A stretch of DNA of 64,000 bases from Eledone cirrhosa (taxonomy: Eukaryota). The position numbers and the translations under genes are program-made. Below, piece after piece: positions 1 to 15,122 of this stretch. Where the stretch lies: assembly GCA_964016885.1 (NCBI GenBank), contig OZ024742.1:305536001-305600000 (forward strand), given 5' to 3'. The notes below the pieces were generated by a model. The model made no database searches. It worked only from the letters and a program-made list of their open reading frames with translations, and was not told where the DNA came from. Every line of letters starts with the position of its first letter. The stretch's first letter is position 1.

Positions 1-241
1 ACAGGCTGAAACGTGCATTTGTCTATGTTTCAGGGAGTATTGATTCTATGACAATCCACATATATAGTTTTGGGGTTTGGAATATCTTCTCTGCATACAC
101 ACAAAATGTCACACTTGCCACCGAAATATCTGTTTTATTTTATTCATTGTTCATTTCTGATTGTGGAATATACATGAAAGTCTCCCTATACACTTTGTAG
201 GGCATATACACATGTCAGCAAGTGTATATATATATATGTAA

Positions 242-574
242 AGGGTAAAGACCCCTTTCGGTCACGAATGACCATGGGATTTGCACCTAGAAAGTTTTTC
301 CTCCGAGGTACAAGTCCACGCATGGTTGTTTTGTGGAAGTCGCCCATGCATACCAGTCTCCCCTCTCCACGCTACCGATGAGGTCCAAGGGAAAGGCAAT
401 GGCCGATACAGCTTGGCACCAGTGACGTCGCAACTCATTTCTACATCTGAGTAAACTGGAGCAACGTGAAATAAAGTGTCTTGCTCAAGGACACAACGCA
501 TCACCCCGTCCGAGAATCGAACTCACAACCTTCCGATTGCAAGTCCAATTCTCTAACCACTAGGCCATGCGCCT
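242..574 (-). mobile_element. tRNA-derived SINE, near full length
   Basis: Minus strand starts GGCGCATGGCCTAGTGGTTAG (A box), then AGTTCGATTCTC (B box), then GTGTCCTTGAGCAAGACACTTTATTTC, which recurs near 18745; flanked by TA repeats. Confidence 0.8.
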
Positions 575-964
575 TTACTTATATATATATGTGTGTGTGG
601 GGGGGGGGGGGGTTATATTATATATATATAGGGATGTAGATATAATTTGTTCTTTCTGTTATCTTTAGTGAGCTCTGTTGTAGTTGTTGCAGCAAATTTA
701 TTTGAAATAATTATAATATAATATTTTGAATATCGCCGTGTCGATATTCTGGATGCTACTGGAAACCTTATACAGAACATGTTACGGACCCTCTGTGAGT
801 GAATGTTCTCTAACAGGAGGATCTACAACTCAGTCTTAAGGCACATGTACTTTCTAGCATGAAACAATGGCAGCTTTTACTTAGTTACCATATAGTCATT
901 ATCACAATAACGATCCTCTTTTCGAGCAGAACTTTTCACCGGAGACCGATGAAATATCAGCTTA

Positions 965-1290
965 AGATATGTGGCTTCCCTTTTCCTGTATGAATAGGTT
1001 TGTGAGAACAATTTACCCAGATATCACAGTGGTATGTTTTCTCTCCTCTTTGCGATTGTGTTAGTGAATATTTAAGCCCTTCTTTCTGAGAATGATTTAC
1101 CGCAAATAACACAGTAATAGGGTTTCTCTCTTATATAAACAGGTTTGTGGGTAGTTAAACCACCTGTTAATAAGAATGATTTACTACGGATATCGCATTA
1201 TTATGGCTTCTCTCCTGTATGAATACGTTTGAGAATAGTAAGCTCGTCGTTTCCAGAGGATGATTTACTACATAAACTTCCTCCTCATGC
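965..1290. repeat. Degenerate ~84-bp tandem repeat, ~4 copies
   Basis: (G)AATGATTTAC-like anchor recurs at ~1008, 1090, 1174, 1258, each followed by similar ...TTTCTCTC... Confidence 0.55.
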
Positions 1291-2008
1291 CATGAAATTT
1301 ATTCCACTGATTGCATGATTTGTATATTAGTTTATGTCGACACGGAACATCACTAGAATCCTCAGGTTCTACAGTTTTATTACGATATATAGTCAGCCGT
1401 TTCACCATCATTCAATGAGACAGCCATGCTTTTATCTAAAAAGTTATATCACTACACATGCGTCAAAAATCAGCATTAATTTTTCTGTGTATATAGTAAG
1501 TTAGTGAGACAGTGAGACAAAGTAATTCCTTTAATTTAATCATCCATCTATCCGTGCAATCAAATTCCGTCCCTTGTGTTGTCTGAGAGATTAACAAGTA
1601 GATTCTAAGAGATAAGCTCTCTCTCTCTCTCTCTCTCTCCCTCTCTCTCTCCTCCTTTTATTGATGTTGGTGTGGTGGTTTATCTGAGATTGGCGATCTG
1701 TGAGCTTGTGAAGTAGTAGCTTTACTTCTATTTTGATCAAGTTTATAAGGTCAGAGTTATTTGCCTCAGCTCTGAGACTTCATCTTCACTGTGTACAGAA
1801 ATTAGTCTATTAGTGCATGTACTGCATGATTTATTTATATCTCTCGCCTCCCCCTTTTAATAGCTCCTGTTTCACTTTCTATTTTTTCTCTACGTATCTG
1901 TCTACTCAACTAATGGTCTATTTCGTTCTTTTCCTTTTCCCTTCTATTTATCTATCGGCTTACAGTCACATATATACATACGCAGAGACATGCACACGCA
2001 CACACACC

Positions 2009-2204
<196 letters not shown>

Positions 2205-4452
2205 ACAGAAATATTTATGTCTGTTATTCTAGACGGTCGAATATTACTAGACGTGAACATTTCAATATTCGGTGTTTGTGAGATGGCTGTGACTGTAGAT
2301 CGACAAACTAAATTATGGCAGTTAGGTAGGTTCTTCACTTGGTTCGATATAATATATATATATATCAGTAATATAATAGGGTCGTTTCCATCCCCACTAA
2401 GATTGGCGCTCTGCATAAAATGGAAATATTGTGGGTTCTTTTATTTTTGTGGCCTCTGAGTTTGGTGAGAGAAAGGAGCAAGTTATCTTCAAAATGTGTA
2501 CCTGGCTTAAATGTTTGTTTAATTTGTTAAAGACATCTAAGTGCTATGTGAGGGTATTAAATTCTGTGATAGACACGGTCTACTATATATCTCAGATAAA
2601 AAAGGGCTAGAACAAATACGGCATTAGATCTCATCAGACGATCTGTTAGTTTTGCCAATGGACATCCATGAATTGGCACATAATTTTATCAATCCCGAAA
2701 GGATAAATGGCAAAGTTTACATCAGCAGGGTTTGAAATCAGAGCGCAAAGGGGCTAAACAAATGCCGCAAGGCATTTTGTTCTATACTCTAACAATCCTC
2801 CCCAGTTGAGTCTAGAGACAAGGTATAGGCAAAGACCCTCTTTCTCTTTCTTTTCTTCTTTTATTCCACCTTTCTCATACACACTCTCTTCTCACGCCCA
2901 GATATACACTCTTCTCACCACACTCACCTTCTTTATACGCCAATCTATCGAATGAGATTACTGGTATGCAAACTCCAAACAGCAAGTAAGTTCGTCCTAT
3001 AACCTTTGATTGGTGTGACGAAGGATGAAAATTATACTTAAACATGTGTATTGGCCCGGATTCTTACAGCAGATTGAATGAGTGGTTCGTTCTTTGACTC
3101 AGACGTGTAAAGTCAAAGATTCTTTGGGAGATTCAAAAACACCCCTACACGAAAACAGTGCTTCGGAAATGATTGAAACATGTCTCGTATGAACCCTGTG
3201 CTTCAGTAAGGTTTCAAAATAAAACTAATAAGGGATGAGTGTTATATATATGTATGTTAGACTGATGAACCATCACAGATAACATAACGCTAGCTTGACG
3301 TTGCAACCGCTGAAGATCAGATATAAATAGTTCACATATATGTCAATATATACATTATGCACAACATAGACTCCTGATATACATTATGCATTACAAAATC
3401 ATACACTCACATATAAATGCATATCAATGAATATACACATGTAGACATAAAATGTAAAAGAATTTCCAATTTCCGATTATTTCTGCAATGATATTTCCAG
3501 TTACTCGATCAACTATTCATTAAATTATAGTGAAAGTGGCTGAGTATTCCGCAAACACGTGTAACCTTAGTGTAATTGTCAGATAAAATCAGCGTGATAG
3601 TATGACAAATCTGACACTTTGAATTACGAGTGCAGTCCAGCTCATTCGAAAGGCTGCCACACAGATTCCTTCAATCCACTACTACACGCACACACTAGAT
3701 ATTTATATACGCATAAACGCACCTATACTCACACGCACACACGCACACACACACACACACACACATATATGTATATATATATATATATATTATTGTTTCT
3801 ACTTTTGGCACAAGGCCAGCAATTAACCAGTACATTACTGGTACTTTATTTTATCGACCCCGTAAGGCGTCTTTGCTGAAACTTCGAAGTAACTACCATA
3901 ATTTTGTACGGCAAATCACCCCCCCCCCCACACACACGCAAGCACACCCACACACCCACACATGCACCAACACACACGCACAAACACACACACATAGACG
4001 CACACAAATACACCACACCGAACCAGACAATTTTGAAGTGATTCAAATATCCTACAAATATTTGGAGATACAAGAGCGTATCAAGTAAAGAAAGATACTT
4101 CCTCCCGTGTCTTTGATCAGTATTCACCAGACTGCGGTTTATAACAGCCTAAGAAATACACGTGGTTAATATATTCCGCTTGTTGCACTTACAGTGATCT
4201 TTCTAAAAATGCTTCAGTGCACTTTACTGTGTGTCATCATCTATTGGTATCTAGAGAAGTTGTCATGTATGTGAGAAAAGAGTTAACTGTGTGTTCATGT
4301 GTGCCTGGTTGTGAACGAGTGTTGGTGTGTGCACCTGGGTTGTATAGTTTGTGTGTCTGCTGTTCAAGTATAAGTCATTTAAAACAATATTTTCAGTAAT
4401 TTCTGTTTTACAATGATGGTTTTCTTTTTTAACACGCACGAATATGGTATTC

Positions 4453-4528
<76 letters not shown>

Positions 4529-6502
4529 CATACATATATATATATATAGCTATCCCTCTTGTGAATGGTGTCAGTTCTGAACGACGATAGTCTAACATTA
4601 ACTTTGACAGAAAACTATTAGCAACACTAAATTATATATATGAACATATATATATAATCATACACATACGTATATAGTTATGTATGCGTGCGTTTTTGTA
4701 TGTGTGTGATGACTATAAAGAATGCTTGTGATAAACTATATTAATACAACAGATTATTGCGGGTACATATTTTATCGATCTCAAATGTATGAAAAAGCTA
4801 AGTGACTCCCTGCAGTATTGAAACTACCGAATATTAATCACTCGATTAGCAACGACGTTTCAGAAATGACTTTGTAACTAAGAGGCTAGGAGAAAGATCA
4901 TAATATATTCACGTGCATACATACATTTATATTCACGCTGAATTATGATGTCTATTCGCCCGCTGATACGAGGTTAACCATCGTTGACCCACCGTCAGTT
5001 GGACTTCACCTCTTCATTTCTGATATCAATGAGTTGAAAGAATCTAAAATTTAAATCAACAATATCCATACTGATGCAAGAGTTATGTGCTACTTGCACA
5101 AGGAACAAACACTTTCTAGAACCTGCCACAGCATGCATTCCATATACTTTTGACGATGACGACCAAATGGCGTCTGGGAATGGTTAACCTCCTTTTGTGT
5201 GTATGGAGCCTTAATTCCTGATGGAGTCATAGAAGTGCGGTTGTGAAATACGGCATATCTCCATCCTTCACTGGGTCTGAACAGATACACAGGGCAAGTA
5301 TCGACCCCAGCACTGGACGGACACTCTGTTTTGTTTATTTTTTTGACTTGAAAGTGATGAAAGGCAAAGTGACAACGGTAGTATTTTAACTCAGAGTGCA
5401 GGTAAGCGGAACGAATAACACAAAAACTTATCTGACGTTCTAATGATTCTGTCAATTCATGGCCGACAATTACAACAGAAAACTAAGAGAAAAGCTATGA
5501 AAAATAAAATAAAAAGAAGAAAACAGACAGAGGAGAAAGCTTCTAAATGACAGGCGCAAATTTTATAAATACTTAGCCATTGGAACCACCAACAATGGTC
5601 TGCTTTGTTTACTGTATGATAAGATGGAGCCAAATCAATGTGTGGGTAGATAACACTAGATATTTTTTTATGTTTTATAGCATATCTTGTGTTAATTATT
5701 AAATGTTTTATAAGGATTTTGTATTTATTATATATTGCCTCCATCCTGATTTTATCCTCACCTTCATCTTGATTTTATTTTTATATAACTTTGTTTCTTC
5801 AGTGTTGCAATCGCTATATTTATGATGTTTATAATCATTATTATATATATGTACATACAGAGTTAATGGATCCTCCCACGGTTTCGATGGTGAGTGTTCT
5901 AGTTGTTCGGTCAATGGTCTGCTTACAAATTGAATTCTGATCTAAGTAGTTGAGTAATCCACAGATAGGTGTATATTCGATTTAATTCTCAAGGAGGGCT
6001 AGCTTGATGTAGCTTGTGACACAAGAGATTTTTTTTTAAAAAGATAGTTACAGTGCATCTGACAGACTTCCAAACAATCTCTGTAAATCCAGTTTCACTC
6101 AGATGACTTTCGCTGAGTCTGAGCTATAATAAGTCACTTGCCTAAGATGCTAGCTTCTTAACCATTGGGCTGCTTGGTTTACTAAGTTTATTTTCATTGA
6201 CCACTCTATCTTTACCAGTAATGTACAAGGCGATAAATTGTTTTGTAGATAAGTATAACGGACTTAATCGAAACTATTATATTTCACTGCTTGATATTTT
6301 ATCGACCTCGGAAGGATTAAGGCATAGTTGACATTAACAGGATTTGAACTGAGTAACTCAGAATGTAAAAAGAGTGGAATTTGTGCCAAGAATTTCGTTA
6401 TATAATTATAGCAGTCTTCTTTGTTTATGAAATTTGTTGTTCAGCTAAAGGTCAATTTCATTCATTATATTTCTCCCCCCACCCACTCTTTCTCTCTCTC
6501 TG

Positions 6503-6577
<75 letters not shown>

Positions 6578-6852
6578 CACACACTTTCCTCTATCTATTA
6601 AGAGAGCGAGAGTGAGTGAATGAAGGAATGACGAAAAACGTAGGGAGAGATAGATAGCTAGATAGATTGAGAGAGAGAGAGAGAGAGAGAGACGGCTATA
6701 TTGATCAACTTATGTGCAATGAATTCTTTTATCTACCAACAACTTGAGTTTCTTTCATTTTATGATAGCCATTTGTTTTCGTCCAGATAACTGTCTCCGA
6801 CTTAGCAAGGCCAACAGATATGACATTTCGCTGTCTATCCCAACTCCCATCT

Positions 6853-6925
<73 letters not shown>

Positions 6926-7068
6926 TTTCCCTTCCTCTCGCTCCTCTCTATATATGTACTTAGTGGTTCGACAAAAAGTGTCCGGGTCGATATGATCGAC
7001 AAGATCCCTTCATAGCAGTACCCAAACATGGCCACATTCTGAAACTAGTTAAAGAGTAAAAGCATACA

Positions 7069-7141
<73 letters not shown>

Positions 7142-7309
7142 GCGCGCACACACTCGAAGTGAGAGGTATGCAACTACAAAGTACCAGTAACACGATATCT
7201 TCCGCGTTTTCTAACTCGAGTTAAGGCATAATTGTTATATTACGGTTAAGCCTTTCCCGTTGGAACACCCTTTCTGCACATGGCGCTTTAGATTGATTCT
7301 ACTGTTGAA

Positions 7310-7495
7310 CATTACGGTGGATTGGTAGAGGGTCGGACGCCATGCTTTGACGCATAGAGTTACGGCCCTTTCCATTCTGAGTTCAAATCCCGCCGAGGTT
7401 AACTTTGCCTTTCATCCTTACGGGGTTGATAAAATAAAGTACCAGTAATACACTGAGTAATTCCTGACCTTGTGCCAAAAGTAGAAACAATTATT
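7310..7495 (+). mobile_element. tRNA-derived SINE family B (core GCCTTTCATCCTTACGGGGTCGATAAAATAAAGTACCAG)
   Basis: B box GAGTTCAAATCCC, conserved core and tail GGCCTTGTGCCAAAAGTAGAAACAATTA; more than 10 copies in the window. Confidence 0.85.
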
Positions 7496-7567
7496 TTATT
7501 AAAGAACTACTTCACTACTAACCTAACTTGTCACAGCTGTTCTTTGCCCCTGTGTACAATATGTATG

Positions 7568-7665
<98 letters not shown>

Positions 7666-7883
7666 TGTGTGCGTGCGTGTGTGTGTGTTTATATATATAT
7701 ATATATATATGTTTTGCGAGTTTTTTTTATATGAAATCGTGTGTCGAAACAAATATTGTTATACTTGGGGAGGGTCATATTGTTGTAATAATATTGCCAG
7801 AAATAATAACAGAACCCACTCACTGTTTGGTTGGTTTTCGCTTCTGTATCTTTTATATCCCCACAGTTAATTCATTTGGTCCT

Positions 7884-7954
<71 letters not shown>

Positions 7955-7999
7955 GTGACGAAACATAAGTCAATTGCATGAACTCATAATCCTTTATTT

Positions 8000-8055
8000 A
8001 CTGCTATATATATTTCGATGATAGCCATAGAATGGCTATGACCTCATCAGGCAGT
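8000..8055 (-). ncRNA. Minimal type I hammerhead ribozyme, family 1 (PLE pLTR type)
   Basis: Minus: ACTGC-CTGATGA-GGTCATAGCCATTCTATGGCTATCATC-GAAA-TATATA-TA-GCAGT, then AATAAA; helix I ACTGC/GCAGT, palindromic helix III. Confidence 0.85.
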
Positions 8056-8290
8056 TAGTCAGTTTTTAGATATGCCAGCTCTGTGTCTATAGTGTTGATG
8101 GTATCAGAGCCTTGGGACATATGAGCTTGTTAGGAATATTCTGATGTTGTCAGCAGGAATAGTCTTGATTCTCATTGGTCAGTTTGTAGATGGTAGTAGG
8201 TTGGTATTTGACCTCAAAGAGGCAGGTGGTTCTGTAGGGTTCAAACCATCAGGCAAGATGACAATCATATATATATTTAATACAGAAATA

Positions 8291-8411
8291 GCTTCTACAG
8301 GACTAGAACTGCTTCATTCGGGTGAAATCATTGGGAAGCTTCCTGATGATTTCTCCCCATTTAATATTTATACTCTGCTATGTATTGAGTACCTTACATA
8401 CTGTGGTTACC
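8291..8411. mobile_element. Fold-back relic of hammerhead family 3 with 3' tail
   Basis: Minus 8292-8338: CTTC-ccaATGA-TTTCACCCGAAT-GAAg-CAG-TTCTAGTC-CTG-TA-GAAG, inverted at GAAGCTTC into plus CTTCCTGATGATTTC; tail 8361-8411 matches reverse complement of 32655-32707. Confidence 0.7.
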
Positions 8412-8437
8412 TATATATATATATTGCTTTCATTAAC

Positions 8438-8610
8438 GCTAAATAGCGAGTCTTGTTACTCTGGAGCTTCTCCTGTTTATTACAGGGTCATCAGATGTTC
8501 TTGTTTTAAGACCCTGTAATAAGCAAGCGAAACTCCAGAATAACATGACTCACTATTTAGCCTTAATAAAATGAATATTAAAAATCTGCTTCGGTATTGA
8601 GTCCTCTTCT
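8438..8610. mobile_element. Fold-back relic of hammerhead family 2
   Basis: Inverted arms 8438-8490 and 8509-8561; minus reads CTGATGA-CCCTGTAATAAACAGGA-GAAg-CTCCAGAG-TA-ACAAGA; homologous to 26935-27093 and 50143-50251. Confidence 0.7.
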
Positions 8611-9003
8611 CTCGCAGGCGTCCATCACATACGCATAAAGAAAAAATATATATGTATTATTCTTTGTCTCTCGTTCCATCTACTGACAAATTGGCTGCCA
8701 CGCTAGAGCGTCACTTACGGTACCACCAATACATACACATATATAACGTTACATTTGTATGTGTCTGTGTATGTGTGTGTGTATGCAGTTGTGTGTGTGT
8801 GTATATATATATATGTGTGTGTGTATGTGTGCGTGTGTAGTGAGGTGATACTGTGACACAGTATCAATTCATAACTGATGCTATTTCATTTCATATGCAA
8901 CGGTGATTCTCTCGGACGAAAAACATGGATATTAAAATAAAATCACAATATTCCCCTCTTCCCTTAAAATTGCGCTCTATCTTGCTCATTGTCTGTGTGA
9001 GGG

Positions 9004-9119
<116 letters not shown>

Positions 9120-9154
9120 ATATACAGGGTATCGTAATATATATATATAATATA

Positions 9155-9233
9155 CACGGTGTCCCAAAATATGTATACACAGTTCAACAGCATTCTAATA
9201 AATATGTGCATACATTATTTCGGACATCCTATG
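9155..9233. mobile_element. Tiny Tc1/mariner-like MITE relic
   Basis: TA-CACGGTGTCCCAAAATATGTATACAC ... GTGCATACATTATTTTCGGACATCCTATG-TA, imperfect TIRs. Confidence 0.4.
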
Positions 9234-9358
9234 TATATCTATATAAACATACACATATAATTATGTACGCATACATGCCCCCCCCCCCCCCCACACACAC
9301 ACACATTCACACAAATACACACACACAACACACACACACACATATATATACACACACG

Positions 9359-9400
<42 letters not shown>

Positions 9401-9883
9401 CACGAAATATCGAAAATGCTGTTTATGATGATGATTCTAAACAAAAGAAAGCACAAAATGAAAGCAATGAGATAAATGAACTGGTGTCGGTCCTTGGTTC
9501 TGTGTATGTTTGAGAAGCTAAGAGTGATAATGTTGTAAGCAGTTCCTGGCAATCGATACATCTGAAAGTGAGAGAGTAGGAGAGAAGGGGGGGGGGGGGG
9601 GGGGTTAGAGAAAAACAAAAACGGGGAAGGTTGACAGCCATCCAAACTGACGGGCGCCAACGAAACAGAGGTACGGTGTTAGGGAGGGTGTAATGGGTGA
9701 GATTCGATGAATGAGAGGAAGAGAGACGGAGACAGATGGACAGAAAAGCAGAATAACACATGAGTGGGTGGTGTGGAAGGAAAAATGTAGCAATGTCGGT
9801 TACCATAGAAACGATACTATGATGACAGAATAAAGAGAACATATGTTGGAGATAAGATTTTAACACAATTCCTCTTATATATC

Positions 9884-9925
<42 letters not shown>

Positions 9926-11304
9926 GTATGTATATATATATATAATGTGTGTGTGTTTACACACATTCTGAAGTGCTTTTTCTCTTCCTCGTCGATACAC
10001 GTTCTCACTCAAGCCACACAACATACCAAGATTACCAAACACATTCTCCTGTTTGACAAAACCTACAGTGAACCACTTGAATACAACCTACTACATTGAC
10101 AGACACTCTTGTTTCTTATATGGATGTAAACACACCGACCTCACTCTTGGCACTGTCCACAACTATACATCTTTATTATGACGATTCAAAGTGGGAATCT
10201 CTAAAACAAGTGTCCCCATACTGGGGCCCATGGTTTACCTAGTAGTTCGAAAAAATCTGGGGGTCCTTGAGATAAGTTCAACATTTTATGTAATGTGTTA
10301 TAAACATTCTACATACCTACTATTAGCTATCCATGCTTACCTCCCGATTGTTATTCTTACCACATAACAGTCTGAGTGGGGAATTATAGAGGAGGTTCTG
10401 TTAGAGAATTCTTTTAGATAACGTGGAAGTCCCCCTGGAAGGCTGAGAACTATGTTTCAATGTGTTGGCTTGGCTTGATAAAATGAGCAGCAAATTAAGC
10501 CGAAACACATGTTGAGTAATATAGTTCTGGATACAATATGCCTGACATTACATTAAAAAAAAGGGATGATCATATTTGGATTAACTGTTATAACAGTCAC
10601 TGAGATCAGCACTGATTTATGCTTACCCCTCAAAAACCCGTAACAATAGCAATGCACAAACATTGTATGAGTGTTTTTTGTTTTCTGCTCAACGAGAGAA
10701 AGGACATTCATTTTTTTCTGTGCATCCGAGTCTGACTGGAATAAAATATGACGTTATTCTTGAATAAGAAATTAGTCTCGAATTCTTTGAACAGATTGAA
10801 TCTCCGCTAAAGGAATCCACAGGGCTGGTGGTGCAGTTAAGCCGGCTGACAGATTAAGTTTACAACCCAAGATTTATAAATTCTATTCATCGCGCGATGT
10901 CGTTCGCCTGTCAAGGTATACAGTTACGGAGCGTGCACTCTTGTTTTTTTCTTTCTCAGTTTCGCAAAAAGCAACGGGAGTGTAAAGACAGTTCATCACG
11001 TACGCGCGCATACACAAGCACATGCATACTGGGTGCACTATCGAATGGGAATTTCTCTCAATGACCACACCAATCCGATATTGTTTCTTTGTATAATGTG
11101 GTACTGTTGCTGCACTTTATAAGAAACCAATTTGATGGCAAGTATTTGCAAGTTCAAATCTCATTAAAGACACTCTTATATTGTTTTGTTCTTTTTGTTT
11201 TATTATTTATTAATTGCAAGTACCAGTATGATATCACGGTCAAGTTAGAGAATATACATGTCACATTTCGCTTTATTTAATGCCACCACCTGATCATTAT
11301 ATGT

Positions 11305-11492
11305 GATGGATTTGCAGTATCGGTAGAGGGTCGGACGCCATGCTTTGCAGCAAAGAGTTACGGCCCTTTATCGTCTGAGTTCAAATCCCGACGAGGTTAA
11401 CTTTGCCTTTCACCCTTACGGGGTCGATAAAATAAAGTACCAGTAATACACTGGGATAATTGCTGGCCTTGTGCCAAAAGTAGAAACAATTA
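11305..11492 (+). mobile_element. SINE family B copy
   Basis: Near-identical to 7310-7495. Confidence 0.85.
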
Positions 11493-14264
11493 TATGTCAT
11501 TAACGGACTTATCGTTTTCAAGATGGAATATGTCTGATTTTGGTTTTCGGCCTCCAGGTGGAGGGGCCTGAAATAAAAAAAAATTTCTACGCTTGTCAGA
11601 TATTAATTGACAAGTCCTTCACTTTCCGCGACCACAAACAGATGCACAAGCTGAATTTCCTTCTTAAAAGCACTGGCCATGATTGCTTTCCCTCCTCCTC
11701 TGACAAAAAGATAGATAGGAACAACAAGGCATCTTTTTTTTCTTCTAGTGAGTAAATTCAAATTATTGTAGCCATTTCGTTGTCTCTGGCCTGAAAACAT
11801 CATTCGTGTCTCATTTAACTTAGCTGTCGGCGATAGTAGCAATGATAAATATCTTAGTTAATGACCTGTCCAAAGACTTTGCTCTCATCCGGTTAACGCT
11901 TCAGAAACATGGTTAAGATGTACGTAGCATAATGGACCCCCCGAGGTTCGAAAAAACTTCAATTGTTTTTATAATCTAGATAGCTTTTACTCTGTAAAAT
12001 GTTAAAATGTGACAAATATTTCCGCCGTATAAGTTATGACAATAACTCTTCAGCTAGTATATAAGTAATGGAAATGGTGGGGTTCGCAAGGGGACGGTGT
12101 TTCCCTTATTCTTCATTTCCAATTGTATTTGGGGGGGGGGGGGGGGCTAGGAGGTTTTATAGCGTCAAGTCCCTTCCGAACCTCAGCCACACGGACCTTT
12201 TCGTAACTGTATATAACACTTGCCATGCGCATGTGCGTGCGTGCGTGCGTGTGTCTCTGTGTGCGTCTGTGGTCGATTTCGCTGAGTCGCTAGAGCGTTG
12301 GTCATTTGTTCCAGCTCTCTGCGCTCTAAATTCAAATCTTCTGACGTGAAACGACGAAGCATAGTGGTTCGTGTCGCTTAAAGGAGAGAGTGTTGATTCT
12401 GTGAGTGAAGATAAGGTGAGAATAGTGATTGAGGTTGGGGTGCGTGAAGACAGATAAGAGTAGAACAGCCAGCTCCAAAATCTACTTATTAGAAACGGTA
12501 GGAAAGACAAAGTAATGGAATATACTACTTGTTTACCTTTGGCCAGATAGAAGAGATCTATAATTAAGAGCAGCAGGGAAGTAGGAATTGTACTGTCTAA
12601 GCCAATTGTACTGTCTAAGCCAGTGATTTCCTTTAATTTGGAATCTAAACCAATTTTCTTTCTAAGATCTACGTCGGTCATCACAACAGTGCTTAGCATT
12701 ATTAAGGAATATACAAGCTGTAGATATCTTAGACGGTTGATATGTACCATTCATGTCGTGACTACTACTCACTTTCGATTCTCGGTTGAAACTATTTATT
12801 CTCTATATATCATTATATACTTGTAAATGGCATCTGGTAATAGCAAAGAAGGAATATTATTGTTTACAGGTTGGGGGATCTGATTCGATCTCAACACTCC
12901 GAACTACAAAATACACAACCACTTAGTTCTTTTCTTCTTGTCAATTTGGTCCTGCTGATGATGGCTGCGGTATTGATGGTATTGATGATGTTAGTTATGA
13001 ATGAGGTAATTATTGTGATGATGGGGTTGATAGTTAAAATACTGGTAGTGGTGGTGATAGTGGTCATGGTAATAGTGATGATGATGATGATGATGATGGT
13101 GATAGTTACCAGTGGTGTAGATTAGTGTGGTGGTAATGGGGGTGAGACTGTTTGTGAGGATGATGGTTGTGATGATAGTGATGGACTTGGTATTGCTAAT
13201 TATAGTGGTTGCCGAGGTGATAGCGGTAATTATGGGAATAATGGTGATAGTGTTAGTAGTATTGTTACAGGTGATAGTGATTTTATCTCCTTTTCTTCAG
13301 TACCTAGTAAGTGTTGAGAGATGAAATGTTCAGTGTATCGCCGAAAATGTTATGCTGTGTTATTCACAGAATAAGAACTGAAGCATGTTTTACTGAGAAG
13401 ATGGTACCTATTTCCGTTTTCAGAATGTAGTTCTTTGGACATAAAAGGGTACTTCCTTATACAAAAGACATTGTGGTTGAAAGAAGCTCAAGCAAAATTA
13501 AGAAGACAAGAATATACTTATTTATATAAAAAAAACAGAATCACACATGTCTGTCTACTACAGTACTGTGATAGTACGTGTAAATACATTTACATAAGGT
13601 TGCATGCAGTTACAGAATAAGTGCAATGCATTTCAACAGTTTAAAAGTCATTTATACACCATCCATTCTTTCTTCCTTTCCTTTTAGTCCATTCCTCGTT
13701 TCTTTTGTTTCATTTTCTTTTTTTTTTTAATTTATCTTCTTTTGTTTTCTCTTTCCTTGTCACTGCTTTTCTTTCTCCTTTGCTCATCTAAATGTTTACG
13801 TGTTTGTCTCTTTCCCTCCATTTCTACCTTTCAACTCCCCCTCCTTCTCTTTCCCCGCCCTTCTCTCTAGTCACGACACGATATTAGGGAGTATGAGTGC
13901 ACATACATTTTTGATGAGGCACAAATGACGTGTACGTATACACATTTAATGAATATGTATTATTCACAAACACCACTTACATATACACACGCACAACACA
14001 ATCGGCTATGCACGTACACGCACGCACTTAGACAAACGCAAACATCTACACTACAATATCATATCATACACTCACACAGACACACACACATACAATACAC
14101 ACATTGGCAAGCAATTCATTTATTTATTTATTGATTATTAACCAGGTTAACACAACTACCGGCTGGTCCCAGCAGTTCACAAAGAAAAGGTTAAAAATAA
14201 AAGGTTCTAAAATGTCCCCTTCATTTTTTTATATATATATATATATAGTTGTATTACACATACG

Positions 14265-14364
<100 letters not shown>

Positions 14365-14369
14365 CACAC

Positions 14370-14402
<33 letters not shown>

Positions 14403-15122
14403 CATATATGTATATATTTATATATATACATATATATATAAATATATACATATATGGTCTATCTTTCCCTCATATATATATATATATATATATGAGGGAA
14501 AGAGAGACCAGATGTCAAAAGGTGATGACTACATACGTCAGGCGTAAGAGCAAAGTTCGGTAGGAAAATAAAAAAATTCTGTTTTTCTTAATTTTTTTTT
14601 AGGGGTTGTGTGTTTGGCAGTGAATCATTTCTACGTTGAACCATTCACAGACCTTCATTTTAAACGTAATGTTTGTTTTGAGTGCAAAATAATGTAAGCA
14701 TTCCTGAATGCGTGTTTCTATTTATTACGGTATTCAAATTCCAAACGGATCGCCATTTTATTTCACACGCCACAGTCCGAGAAACTCAAGTTAAATACTG
14801 GGTCAATAAAATCCAATATTTCTCTCTTCCTCAATAATTTTGACATTGTGCTTCCACAGCTCATTTTGATAATAGAGCTGTAACTCCATGTAAAGGAAAG
14901 ACCAATGTTGTCTTCGCATGACCAAGTTTATACTTATTTCGCGCTTACACTACACTACTAAGTATAGTCCTGCGGGCTTGTTTTTTTTTATTGTATGAAA
15001 GTACTATACGTAATAAATGTGTTGTGTTCTGCGTGCTCTGCATATGTGGAAGTCCTACAGAATTGTTCATAAATTGTCTTGGTTTTTCTAAATCATTTCC
15101 AAAGCAATTATTATTATAATTA

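Noticed and set aside
500-574. tRNA gene
   Set aside because: A and B boxes are present but continue into a SINE body; acceptor stem not intact
5090-5455. 121-aa ORF or possible old LINE end
   Set aside because: Only a faint LTIPR..IWN resemblance in a stop-containing frame; insufficient evidence
12157-12750. 197-aa non-repetitive ORF
   Set aside because: No recognisable domain; runs through an 18-bp duplication and a decayed SINE head
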